DNA of 64,000 bases from Bacteroidota bacterium (GTDB lineage: Bacteria; Bacteroidota; Ignavibacteria; SZUA-365), in the NCBI GenBank assembly GCA_003246455.1, contig QKAF01000009.1, positions 85,395 to 149,394 of the forward strand, read 5' to 3'. Of this stretch, positions 38,666 through 47,851 are shown piece by piece. Numbering within the stretch: the stretch's first letter is position 1; each line of letters opens with the position of its first letter. The position numbers and the translations under genes were made by a program. A model generated the notes under the pieces. That model was not told the origin of the DNA. It searched no databases and was given only the letters and a program-made list of their open reading frames with translations.

Positions 38666-39916
38666 GTGCCTGATTTCAACTTCGCAAAAGGAAACAGAAA
38701 ACGGGATGAAGGAACGTCCCCCGCCGGTGCGGGGCAGCAGTCAACCGGTCAGCAACGACCGGTTTCTGCGCATCCACAGGGCGGACTTCCCGATGCCATG
38801 GATTCCGGTCCCGAGCGCGCAACGCGCCCGGGGCACGGCATTTCGCCGCAGGGAAGCAGCGCGCCGCGGGCTTCGGGCGGCAGCGTGCTGGACAAATATC
38901 CGGAGAGAGATCTTTCCCATCTTACCGGCGCAGGCGCGGCAGCGCCCCGCAGCGGCGGCGTCCCTCCGCCCCCGCCCGACACCGTTCCCGATGAAAGCGG
39001 TTTTGCCGATCCCGTCACCCCGGACGCCGACGCCATTCACGAAGGAGAATCCTCGCCGGTATCCACAGACGCAGCGGAGGCGAAAATGAGCAGTTCGTCG
39101 AGCAAGGGTCCGTTGATCGCCTTCCTGACGATCGCCGCCATCCTGATTCTCGTCGCGTTCATATGGCATATCAACCCGTGGCCGTCGCTGAAGGACAGAA
39201 TCGCGGGTCTGTTCCGGACCGAAGAGCCCGCGACGGTGCAGTCCGTTCCCGCGGCCGGTCCCTCGGCGACCGAGAGCGAACCCGAACCGACACTGCGCGC
39301 GTGGGATTTCTTCCTGCAGGTGTCCTCATGGAAGGAACTCGGGCAGGCCGATCTCGATGCGGAACGCTATCGCGCACAGGGCTTCGATGCGATTGTGGAA
39401 AGCGAATTCATTCCGTCGAAGGGTGGGACCTGGTATCGCGTGCGTCTCGGACCGTATGAAAGCAGCACCGCCGCGCGCGAGTTCCTCGCCGCCAACGCAG
39501 CCGCCCTGCCCAAAGGCATCTATCTCGACAGCGTCCGTCTTTCCGAGGAAGTGCCGATGGCGCCCGCGCCCGCATCGGTCGGGACCGGCAGTCAGAAGCA
39601 ATCTCCGCGCAGCAGCCGCACCGGCACCGCCGCGCAGATTCCTGGAAGGGATTTCGAAGTCATCGAAGAACCGATGAGCGGGTGGGCCGTGAAAGTGTCC
39701 TCCCTCAAAAGCGAAGATCTCGCACGGCAGGAAGCACGGAAGGTGCTCGAACAGGGATACCCCTCGTTCATTACCCGCAAGCGCATCAGCGGGATCACCT
39801 GGTACCGCGTCCTTGTCGGACCTTTTTCCGATAAGCGCGACGCCGACCGCTATCAGCAGCTCCTTAACGTAACGTACGGAAACGACGCCTACACGGTTGA
39901 TCTCTCCGCGAATTAA
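38666..39916 (+). CDS. SPOR-domain (peptidoglycan-binding) protein with a Pro-rich N-terminal region, one TM helix and two SPOR repeats
   Basis: GTG start at 38666 follows AGAAGGA. TM helix LIAFLTIAAILILVAFIW. Two SPOR-like units (FFLQVSSWKELGQADLDAERYRAQGFDAIVE…WYRVRLGPYES and WAVKVSSLKSEDLARQEARKV…WYRVLVGPFSDKRDADRYQQLL). Confidence 0.7.
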   Translation: MPDFNFAKGNRKRDEGTSPAGAGQQSTGQQRPVSAHPQGGLPDAMDSGPERATRPGHGISPQGSSAPRASGGSVLDKYPERDLSHLTGAGAAAPRSGGVPPPPPDTVPDESGFADPVTPDADAIHEGESSPVSTDAAEAKMSSSSSKGPLIAFLTIAAILILVAFIWHINPWPSLKDRIAGLFRTEEPATVQSVPAAGPSATESEPEPTLRAWDFFLQVSSWKELGQADLDAERYRAQGFDAIVESEFIPSKGGTWYRVRLGPYESSTAAREFLAANAAALPKGIYLDSVRLSEEVPMAPAPASVGTGSQKQSPRSSRTGTAAQIPGRDFEVIEEPMSGWAVKVSSLKSEDLARQEARKVLEQGYPSFITRKRISGITWYRVLVGPFSDKRDADRYQQLLNVTYGNDAYTVDLSAN

Positions 39917-40200
39917 TCCCGAAAGACCGCGTTTTGACTGTTATTTTCCTACTTCCGGATTTTTCTTTGGCCTTAGCCCGAAAACCCTTACATTGCAGAA
40001 TTAGGCTGTTTGTTTTGCCGAATTCCAGGCAGAACATGCCGGATTCGCCGTTTCTGTTCCCTGTTTGACCTGTTGTTACCAGATGGCATTTTTCGTGTCT
40101 AATCTGGGAACACTTTACTGACGGACGGTCAATCAATACGTGCACATATTCACTGAATGCTAGATTCAAACTCTTCCACACACCAACAGGAGTTTACATT

Positions 40201-42246
40201 ATGAAGAAACTGTTTCTGTTGGCCTTCCTGGTGCTTGCCGCCGGGATGGCTCAGGCACAGCAGGTGACCGTGAAGGCGCCTGAGGCAGCCAGCTCCACTG
40301 CGATCTCGCAGTCCGCAGCGGCAGCCGTCGACTACAAGATGCAATTCATGCCGATTGACGAGCACACCACGTTTCACCGTGACGGCAAAGTCAACCGTAT
40401 GACCAAGGTCACGGAAAAGCATGGACTGACTGAAATCGGTCTCATGGCCAACACCTACGCGATGATCGGCGACAACCGCAGTCAGATCGCCTACGATCCG
40501 AAAACCAACACTGTTGCAAGCGTGTACCGCGGCAACGACCGCGGCAGCGCGAACGGCGACGGCAACACCCTGTACGTCCGTTACTCCGCCGACGGTGGCG
40601 TGAACTGGACCCCGCAGGGCGACAACGTGGCGACGTCCACGATGCCCCGCTACCCGAACATCTTCCTGCACTGGGACGGCAGCAAGGCGAACACCGCCCT
40701 CATGTGGCCGCAGGTCGACCGTTTCAACGACGGCACCACCGGCTGGCGCGATATCTACTCGATGAAGAGCGATATCGGCAACGCCAACGCCCAGTACGGC
40801 ATTTCCCCGAGTCCGCCTTACTGGTCGATTCCCTACCTGACCGTTCCCGATCAGAGCACGGGCGACCTTTACAACATGGCTCTCGGTATCGAGCCCACTT
40901 CCGCTGAAGCGTCGACCGGCGAAATCTACCTGCTTCGCTCCTCCGACGGCGGTCTGAACTGGGCCCCGGTGACTTTCGATGCGCCGGTGTTCACCGCGGA
41001 CATGGTCCCCAACGGGTATTTCTCCTCGAACCTCCGTCTCGACATCAGCCCCGACGGCAGCACGATGATCATGGCCTTCGCGCTCATCATCGAAAGCGAG
41101 CCCGGCAGCGCGTTCCTTCTCGACGAGAATCATGAGGTCGCATGGCGCATTTCCAACGACAAGGGAATGACCTGGGGTCCGCTCCAGCGCTTCCGCCCGG
41201 CCGACATCCAGAACAAGCCCGCCCCCTTCGACGCGAAGTGGGAAATGTCGTGGGATTTCGACGTTGTGCTCGATTATCAGAATCGCCCGCACTTCCTGAC
41301 CGTCGGTTCCGCAGACATCTATCCGTTCAGCCCGTTCAACGACGCGCCGACGGATTCCACGATCAGCCTCACGAGTGTTGATTCCACCTTCACGACGGAA
41401 ATCACGTATTACGAAGAAGGCGGCAACCGCGAATGGGCAATGTTCCCCATCGGTCCCGCACGCCGCGTGCGCACCGACCGCATGTCCTTCACCGCCGGTT
41501 CCTCCACCAGCGCTCCCGCCATCTTCCGCAACGAGCCCAAGTGGGCCCGCAGCTATGACGGCAAGAAAATCTATGCGAAATGGATCAGCCCGATCACCTC
41601 GTGGCGCGTCGCCCTCGTGGCAGGCACCCCGACGCTGTTCGCAGACACCCTGAGCCAGATCTATGCCAACGGCCGCCATGTCGACAGCCGTGCAGTCTCC
41701 GCATGGACCTACTACTGGCCGTACGGAAACCCCGAGCAGGTCACGAACGAAATGGACAGCCTCATGCGTATGACCGCGATCGAGGAAGTCATGACCAAGT
41801 ACAGCAAGCTGGCCTATTACGCCAGTGACGCCGGCGACCTCCACATGGTATTCGTGGAATGGGGTATCGGCGAAACCGTCGATGACGATCCCGTCAACAC
41901 CGATCAGGTCGTCTGGTACGTGCAGGATGCAAAAGTCCCCGTTCCCGACGTCGCCTCCGTTGAGGAAATCGACGCCACTCCTGGTGACTTCAAGCTCTCG
42001 CAGAACTATCCCAACCCGTTCAACCCGAGCACCGAAATCACCTTCACACTGCCGCAGGCCGGCCAGACAATGCTTCGCGTCTACAACTTGCTCGGTCAGG
42101 AAGTCGCCACGCTGGTCAACGAGTACCGCAACGCAGGCACGCACCGCGCGACCTTCGACGCCACCTCCCTGCCCACCGGCATGTATATCTATCGCCTCGA
42201 GAGCGGTTCCTTCACCGCCTCGCGCAAGATGATGCTCAGCAAGTAA
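40201..42246 (+). CDS. BNR/Asp-box repeat (sialidase-like beta-propeller) secreted protein with a T9SS C-terminal domain – paralog A
   Basis: Signal peptide MKKLFLLAFLVLAAGMAQAQ. Asp-box motifs SADGGVNWTP, SSDGGLNWAP, SNDKGMTWGP (SxDxGxxW). C-terminus LSQNYPNPFNPSTEITFTLP… is a T9SS CTD. Confidence 0.8.
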   Translation: MKKLFLLAFLVLAAGMAQAQQVTVKAPEAASSTAISQSAAAAVDYKMQFMPIDEHTTFHRDGKVNRMTKVTEKHGLTEIGLMANTYAMIGDNRSQIAYDPKTNTVASVYRGNDRGSANGDGNTLYVRYSADGGVNWTPQGDNVATSTMPRYPNIFLHWDGSKANTALMWPQVDRFNDGTTGWRDIYSMKSDIGNANAQYGISPSPPYWSIPYLTVPDQSTGDLYNMALGIEPTSAEASTGEIYLLRSSDGGLNWAPVTFDAPVFTADMVPNGYFSSNLRLDISPDGSTMIMAFALIIESEPGSAFLLDENHEVAWRISNDKGMTWGPLQRFRPADIQNKPAPFDAKWEMSWDFDVVLDYQNRPHFLTVGSADIYPFSPFNDAPTDSTISLTSVDSTFTTEITYYEEGGNREWAMFPIGPARRVRTDRMSFTAGSSTSAPAIFRNEPKWARSYDGKKIYAKWISPITSWRVALVAGTPTLFADTLSQIYANGRHVDSRAVSAWTYYWPYGNPEQVTNEMDSLMRMTAIEEVMTKYSKLAYYASDAGDLHMVFVEWGIGETVDDDPVNTDQVVWYVQDAKVPVPDVASVEEIDATPGDFKLSQNYPNPFNPSTEITFTLPQAGQTMLRVYNLLGQEVATLVNEYRNAGTHRATFDATSLPTGMYIYRLESGSFTASRKMMLSK

Positions 42247-42267
42247 GCTGAACCCCAACCGTCTTTC

Positions 42268-42290
42268 AGGGCCCCGGAGCCCTTTTTTTC
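42268..42290 (+). terminator. Weak terminator after BNR paralog A
   Basis: AGGGC-cccgga-GCCCT followed by TTTTTTT (42284-42290). Confidence 0.4.
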
Positions 42291-42462
42291 GCCCTTCCCG
42301 CCTTCCCGCCCTTCCCGCCCTTCCCGCCTTCACGCCTTCACGCCCTTCCCGCCTTCACGCCCTTCCCGCCTTCCCGCCTTCCCGCCCTTCCCGCCCTTCC
42401 CGCCTTCACGCCCTTCACGCCTTCACGCCCTTCACGCCCTTCACGCCTTCACGCCCTTCACG
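42291..42462. repeat. C-rich minisatellite: ~20 tandem degenerate 8–9-bp units (CCCTTCCCG / CCTTCACG) between the BNR paralogs
   Basis: Direct read: gcccttcccg ccttcccg cccttcccg … ccttcacg cccttcacg. Two alternating unit variants, beginning right after the T-run of paralog A's terminator. Confidence 0.9.
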
Positions 42463-42598
42463 AAGATCCGCTGTAACCACTCATACTTTCTCGTGTCTAG
42501 TCGGGGAACATCGGATGCAGCCGGGGGCCGATCCGCGTTCGCCAGCGACAATCCTTCTCCTACATACAGCCTTTTCCTTACACCAGCCGGAGTTTCCC

Positions 42599-44662
42599 AT
42601 GATGAAGAAACTGGTTCTGTTGGCCGTTCTGGTACTTGTTCCTGGATTGGTCCTGGCACAGAGGGTGAACGTGAAGTCGCCGGAGGCATCGGACAGGAAT
42701 GCCATCGTACAGTCCGCTGCGCGCACCGTCGACTACCGGATGCAGTTCATGCCCGTTACCGAAAAAACGACGCTGCATCGTACGCAGAAGTCCGCGGGCC
42801 TGCGAAAGCCGGCGGAGCGATACGGGCTCACCGAAATCGGAAATATGGCGAACACTTACGCGATGGTCGGCGACAGCCGCAACCAGATCGCATACGATCC
42901 GAACACCAATACCGTTGCGGTGGTCTACCGCGGCAACGATCGCAGCTCAACGAACGGAGACGGGAACACCCTGTACGTCCGCTATTCCACAGATAACGGC
43001 GCGCACTGGACCTCCTCAGGCGACAACGTGGCGAGTTCCACAACACCGCGCTACCCGAACATCTTCCTGCACTGGGACGGCAGTCAGACGGGCACCGCCC
43101 TGATGTGGCCGCAGGTCGACCGCTTCAACGACGGCACCACCGGTTGGCGCGACATCTATTCGATGAAAAGCGATATCGGCAACGGGAACGCCCAGTACGG
43201 CATTGTTCCCGATCCTCCCTTTTGGTCGATCCCTTACCTGACGGTCCCTGATCAGAGCACGGGTGACCTCTACAACATGGCACTCGGCATCGAGCCCACT
43301 TCCGCTGAGGCGTCGACCGGCGAAATCTACCTGCTTCGCTCCACCGACGGGGGGCTGAACTGGACCCCGGTAACTTTCGATGCGCCGGTGTTCACCGCGG
43401 ACATGGTCCCCAACGGGTATTTCTCCTCGAACCTCCGTCTCGACATCAGTCCCGACGGCAGCACGATGATCGTGGCCTTCGCACTGATCATAGAAAGCGA
43501 GCCCGGCAGCGCGTTCCTCCTTGACAAGAATCATGAAATCGCATGGCGTATCTCCACGGACAAGGGTATGACCTGGGGTCCGCTGCAGCGCATGTGGCCG
43601 GGCGACATCAAGAACAAGCCCGCCCCCTTCGACGCGAAATGGGAAATGTCGTGGGATTTCGACGTCATACTCGATTACAAGAATCGCCCGCATTTCCTGA
43701 CCGTTGCCTCCGCCGACATCTATCCGTTCAGCCCATTCAACGACGCGCCGACGGATTCCACCATCAACCTGAGCAGCGTCGACTCCACGTTCGCGACCGA
43801 GATCACCTACTATGAGGATGGCGGGGAACGCGAGTGGCGTATTTTCCCCATCGGACCGGTTCGCCGCGTGCGGATCGACCGAATGTCCTTCACATCCGCC
43901 TCCGCCACCGATTCGCCGGAGATGATCCGCAACGAACCGAAGTGGGCCCGCAGCTGGGACGGGAAAAAGATCTATGCCAAATGGATATCCCCGATGTCTT
44001 CGTGGACCGTCGCCCCGGTGGCCGGCACCCCGACGCTGTTCGCCGACTCCCTCTATCAAATCTACGTCAACGGGCGCCACGTCGACAGTAAATCCGTTCT
44101 CGCATGGACCTACGCATGGCCGTTCGGCTACCCCGACGCGGTGACCCCCGAGATGGACGCCGACATGCGAATGACCGCCACGGAAGACGTGATGACCAAG
44201 TACACGAAGATGGCGTACTACGCCGGCGAGGATGGCTCCCTGCACATCATTTTCGTCGAATGGGGAATCGGCGAGACCCTCGACGACGATCCCGTCAACA
44301 CCGACCAGACCGTCTGGTATTGCGGGACGAGCGGCGAAGGCGCGTTCGTCGTATCGGTGCCGTATGTTCTCGACGTCGAGCAGATCGACGATGTGCCGGG
44401 TGATTTCACCCTTGCACAGAACTACCCCAATCCGTTCAACCCGAGCACGGAAATCACCTTTACGCTTCCGAAAGACGGTCAGACGACGCTCCGCGTCTTC
44501 AACCTACTCGGCCGGGAAGTCGCCACACTCGTCCGTGAGTACCGCAGCGCCGGGACCCATCGCGTGACCTTCGATGCAAGCGCCCTGCCGACCGGCATGT
44601 ACGTCTACCGGCTCGAGAGCGGGCCTTTCACCGCATCCCGGAAAATGATGCTCGGCAAGTAG
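42599..44662 (+). CDS. BNR/Asp-box repeat secreted protein with a T9SS C-terminal domain – paralog B (about three-quarters identical to paralog A)
   Basis: ATG at 42599 (MMKKLVLLAVLVLVPGLVLAQ) follows GGAG. Long blocks match paralog A, for example YSMKSDIGN.NAQYGI…, HFLTV.SADIYPFSPFNDAPTDSTI. Asp-boxes STDNGAHWTS, STDGGLNWTP, STDKGMTWGP. C-terminal LAQNYPNPFNPSTEITFTLP… The 5' part of the six-frame ORF (42515-42598) is not supported. Confidence 0.8.
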   Translation: MMKKLVLLAVLVLVPGLVLAQRVNVKSPEASDRNAIVQSAARTVDYRMQFMPVTEKTTLHRTQKSAGLRKPAERYGLTEIGNMANTYAMVGDSRNQIAYDPNTNTVAVVYRGNDRSSTNGDGNTLYVRYSTDNGAHWTSSGDNVASSTTPRYPNIFLHWDGSQTGTALMWPQVDRFNDGTTGWRDIYSMKSDIGNGNAQYGIVPDPPFWSIPYLTVPDQSTGDLYNMALGIEPTSAEASTGEIYLLRSTDGGLNWTPVTFDAPVFTADMVPNGYFSSNLRLDISPDGSTMIVAFALIIESEPGSAFLLDKNHEIAWRISTDKGMTWGPLQRMWPGDIKNKPAPFDAKWEMSWDFDVILDYKNRPHFLTVASADIYPFSPFNDAPTDSTINLSSVDSTFATEITYYEDGGEREWRIFPIGPVRRVRIDRMSFTSASATDSPEMIRNEPKWARSWDGKKIYAKWISPMSSWTVAPVAGTPTLFADSLYQIYVNGRHVDSKSVLAWTYAWPFGYPDAVTPEMDADMRMTATEDVMTKYTKMAYYAGEDGSLHIIFVEWGIGETLDDDPVNTDQTVWYCGTSGEGAFVVSVPYVLDVEQIDDVPGDFTLAQNYPNPFNPSTEITFTLPKDGQTTLRVFNLLGREVATLVREYRSAGTHRVTFDASALPTGMYVYRLESGPFTASRKMMLGK

Positions 44663-44686
44663 GCAGTCTCCTCCTCACCCTGAAAA

Positions 44687-44712
44687 GGCCCCGGTTTCCC
44701 GGGGCCTTTTTT
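44687..44712 (+). terminator. Strong rho-independent terminator after BNR paralog B
   Basis: GGCCCCGG-tttc-CCGGGGCC followed by TTTTTT. Confidence 0.7.
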
Positions 44713-44845
44713 CACCCCTGCACGCCTTTGCGCCCTCACTCTTCAGTCCCCCTCCCCCCGCTTTCATCTGAACAGAATTCTTGCGATATTTACGGTCCTT
44801 TCGGTCTTGCCGAAAACAGTGAATGCAAACAGCTGACGGGTATCA

Positions 44846-45580
44846 ATGATACGTGGTGTCATCGTTCTTATTATTCCCCTGCTGATCCTTTCCGCCTGCG
44901 GCGGGAAACAGATGAGCATCGAGGAATTCCAGAGCATGGCGAAGGAAGCGGAACAGCAGTCGCAGTCGATTGCCGAAAGGCAGGCAGACATGCGCGCGCT
45001 GCTCCAGGCCTACGATCAGGCAGTCCCGGCGTCGGCGCGGCTGAAGCTGAACCTCGATCCCGAGTGCGGCCTGACGCCCGCGGATTTTGAAAAACTCAGC
45101 GACCGTATCGACGAGGAACAGGATCCGTCCTGCCTCGGGATTCTCGAACAGATCGCCGAAATCCAGGGCGACATCCGTGACCGCTGCGAGCGCCTGCACG
45201 AGATCACGGCGGAGCTGCCGGCGCCGCATCGCGTGGTTTCGGGAGAAAACCACTACACCCTCTGCCTCGACTACCTGATTTCAAAGCATCACCTGAAAGC
45301 GAGAACCGCGGACTCGCTCGTCGCCCGCGTCGGACTCTCGAGCGACATCATCGAAGGATTCCATGTCTGGTTCTACTATCAGAACGGGATTTTCGGAACG
45401 TTCGTCACACAGGGCGATGCGCACATTTCCCCGACGGTATTCGCGAAAGTCGTCAAAAAGCACCTCATCGAACAGGCGCGGCGGCAGGGACATGACGATG
45501 CATTCGAAACCATCCTCGACAGCCTGAAGCGCTCGGGCGCATTGATCGCCAATATCAAGCATCACGCGAACTCTCTCTGA
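44846..45580 (+). CDS. Hypothetical lipoprotein
   Basis: N-terminus MIRGVIVLIIPLLILSACGG has a lipobox LSAC. The rest is hydrophilic, helical, and Glu/Gln-rich. Confidence 0.5.
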   Translation: MIRGVIVLIIPLLILSACGGKQMSIEEFQSMAKEAEQQSQSIAERQADMRALLQAYDQAVPASARLKLNLDPECGLTPADFEKLSDRIDEEQDPSCLGILEQIAEIQGDIRDRCERLHEITAELPAPHRVVSGENHYTLCLDYLISKHHLKARTADSLVARVGLSSDIIEGFHVWFYYQNGIFGTFVTQGDAHISPTVFAKVVKKHLIEQARRQGHDDAFETILDSLKRSGALIANIKHHANSL

Positions 45581-45623
45581 TATTGCGGCTGCGCAGCGGT
45601 GCGGCCGGACTGTTACATATACG

Positions 45624-46313
45624 ATGGAGGCAGTCATGCTGAATCTCACCTACCTCAGCCATTCCTCATTCATACTCGACGACGGGACGCACCGCCTCAT
45701 CATTGACCCGTTCATCACGGGCAATCCGACCTGTCCGGTCAAGGCCGACGACGTCGATGTCCAGTTCATCGTCCTCACGCATGCGCACGGCGATCACCTC
45801 GGTGACGGCCTGCAGCTCGCGAAAAAGCACGGCGCGCTGATCATCGCGGTAAATGAACTCGCCAACTACGCGGCCTCGCAGGGCGCGAAAGCACACAACA
45901 TGCACATCGGCGGCGCATACACCTTCCCCTTCGGTCGGCTGAAATTCACCATCGCACATCACGGGTCCGCTTCCCCCGACGGGACGTACATGGGCGAACC
46001 GGCGGGCGTGGTGATCAGCATGGGCGGGAAGACGGTATATCACACCGGCGATACCGGCCTCTTCCTCGATATGCAGCTCATCGGACAGCGCGATTCCATC
46101 GACTGCATGCTCGCGCCGATTGGTGATAATTTCACAATGGGTGTCGATGACGCGGTCAAGGCCGCGGAATTCGTGCGGCCGGGACTCGCCGTCCCGATGC
46201 ACTACAACACCTTCCCCGTGATCCAGGCAGACCCGCGGATGTTCCAGTCAGGGGTTGAAGCGCTTGGCCTGCGCGCCCGGGTCATGGAATTCGGGGAGAC
46301 GATCGCCCTCTAA
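45624..46313 (+). CDS. Metallo-beta-lactamase-fold metal-dependent hydrolase (UPF0173-like)
   Basis: MLNLTYLSHSSFILDDGTHRLIIDPFITGNP… with the VLTHAHGDHLGD His motif. Length 229 aa. Confidence 0.8.
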   Translation: MEAVMLNLTYLSHSSFILDDGTHRLIIDPFITGNPTCPVKADDVDVQFIVLTHAHGDHLGDGLQLAKKHGALIIAVNELANYAASQGAKAHNMHIGGAYTFPFGRLKFTIAHHGSASPDGTYMGEPAGVVISMGGKTVYHTGDTGLFLDMQLIGQRDSIDCMLAPIGDNFTMGVDDAVKAAEFVRPGLAVPMHYNTFPVIQADPRMFQSGVEALGLRARVMEFGETIAL

Positions 46314-46371
46314 TAGCTTTTTTTTTCTCTAATCGATCTGAAATTCTTTTTTTCGATAAGGGAAATTATCG

Positions 46372-46379
46372 TAATTTTG
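46372..46379 (+). promoter_or_regulatory. Bacteroidota-type -7 promoter element candidate (TAATTTTG = TAnnTTTG) upstream of gdh copy 1
   Basis: Exact TAnnTTTG match ~60 bp upstream of the gdh ATG, inside an AT-rich tract (46314-46438) in an otherwise GC-rich window. Confidence 0.3.
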
Positions 46380-46438
46380 TTGAAGGGAGTTTGCGTTCTC
46401 TTTCACGGTTTTTCAGAAACTTTTGAGAAGGATTCTCA

Positions 46439-47779
46439 ATGTCTACCGCACTGAACGACTTCATGCAGGAAGTCAAAGCCAAGAACCCCGGAGAAGCCGA
46501 GTTTCATCAGGCAGTTGAAGAAGTTGTCGAAACGCTGATGCCGGTTGTTGAAAAGCAGCCGGAATATCGCAAGGCCAAGGTTCTTGAGCGCATGGTCGAA
46601 CCCGAGCGCACCATTTCTTTCCGTGTTCCCTGGGTCGCCGATAACGGAGAAGTCCGCGTCAACCGCGGCTACCGCATCGAGTTCAACAGCGCCATCGGTC
46701 CCTACAAGGGCGGTCTGCGGTTCCACCCGAGTGTCACCCTGAGCATTCTGAAGTTCCTCGGCTTCGAGCAGATCTTCAAGAATTCCCTCACGACGCTCCC
46801 GATGGGCGGCGGAAAGGGCGGTTCGGACTTCGACCCGAAGTTCAAATCGAAAAACGAAATCATGCGTTTCTGCCAGAGCTTTATGAGTGAACTGTTCCGT
46901 CACATCGGCCCGAACACCGACGTGCCCGCCGGCGATATCGGCGTGGGTGGACAGGAAATCGGTTTCATGTTCGGCCAGTACAAAAAGCTGAAAAATTCAT
47001 TCGACGGCGTGCTGACGGGTAAAGGCCTGAGCTGGGGCGGATCCCTCATCCGTCCGGAAGCGACCGGCTTCGGCGTCACCTACTTCGCCAATGAAATGCT
47101 CAAGACCAAGGGCCAGTCCTTCGAAGGCAAGACCGTCGCCATCTCCGGCTTCGGAAATGTCGCCTGGGGCGCGGCGATCAAGGTCAACGACATGGGCGGC
47201 AAGGTCGTCACGCTTTCCGGTCCCGACGGATACATCTTCGACCCCGCCGGCATCTCCGGTGAGAAGATCGAATACATGCTGGAGCTCCGCGCGAGCAACC
47301 AGGACATCGTCGAGCCGTATGCCGAGCGCTTTGGCGTGGAATTCATCCCCAACAAGCACCCGTGGGAAGTCAAGTGCGACGTCGCACTCCCCTGCGCGAC
47401 CCAGAACGAACTCAACGAGGAAGACGCGAAGAACCTGCTCGCAAACGGCTGCATCTGCGTATGCGAAGGCGCGAACATGCCCACCACTCCGGAAGGCGCG
47501 AAGCTGTTCCTTGATGCCGGTCTGCTCTACGGACCTGCCAAGGCGGCGAACGCCGGTGGCGTGGCCGTGTCGGGTCTCGAAATGTCGCAGAACTCCATCC
47601 GCATGAGCTGGTCGCGTGAAGAGGTGGATCAGCATCTGCATCGCATCATGAAGAATATCCACCAATCCTGCCTCGACGCCAGTGCTCAGTACGGCATGGC
47701 AGGGAATTACGTTGCCGGTGCAAACATTGCCGGATTCACGAAAGTGGCCGACGCCATGCTCGCCCAAGGCATCGTATAA
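46439..47779 (+). CDS. gdhA: NADP-specific glutamate dehydrogenase (GdhA type, 446 aa) – copy 1
   Basis: MSTALNDFMQEVKAKNP…[10 protein letters not shown]…[15 protein letters not shown]…[14 protein letters not shown]… are the canonical hexameric GDH (E. coli GdhA-like) blocks. Confidence 0.95.
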   Translation: MSTALNDFMQEVKAKNPGEAEFHQAVEEVVETLMPVVEKQPEYRKAKVLERMVEPERTISFRVPWVADNGEVRVNRGYRIEFNSAIGPYKGGLRFHPSVTLSILKFLGFEQIFKNSLTTLPMGGGKGGSDFDPKFKSKNEIMRFCQSFMSELFRHIGPNTDVPAGDIGVGGQEIGFMFGQYKKLKNSFDGVLTGKGLSWGGSLIRPEATGFGVTYFANEMLKTKGQSFEGKTVAISGFGNVAWGAAIKVNDMGGKVVTLSGPDGYIFDPAGISGEKIEYMLELRASNQDIVEPYAERFGVEFIPNKHPWEVKCDVALPCATQNELNEEDAKNLLANGCICVCEGANMPTTPEGAKLFLDAGLLYGPAKAANAGGVAVSGLEMSQNSIRMSWSREEVDQHLHRIMKNIHQSCLDASAQYGMAGNYVAGANIAGFTKVADAMLAQGIV

Positions 47780-47799
47780 TCCTGCTCCCCCAGGAATGC

Positions 47800-47830
47800 A
47801 AAACCCGGCCGCAAGGCCGGGTTTTGTGTT
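47800..47830. terminator. Bidirectional terminator between convergent gdhA copy 1 and the receiver–PEP-binding gene
   Basis: AAAACCCGGCC-gcaa-GGCCGGGTTTT followed by GTGTTT. Confidence 0.65.
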
Positions 47831-47851
47831 TATGGTCGAATATGCGGCGCG

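Noticed and set aside
42291-42462. Protein-coding potential of the CCTTCCCG repeat (it would encode a PSR/PFT low-complexity peptide)
   Set aside because: There is no start codon or ribosome-binding site, it lies between a terminator and the next gene's promoter, and it is below any ORF-length threshold. I treated it as a non-coding minisatellite.
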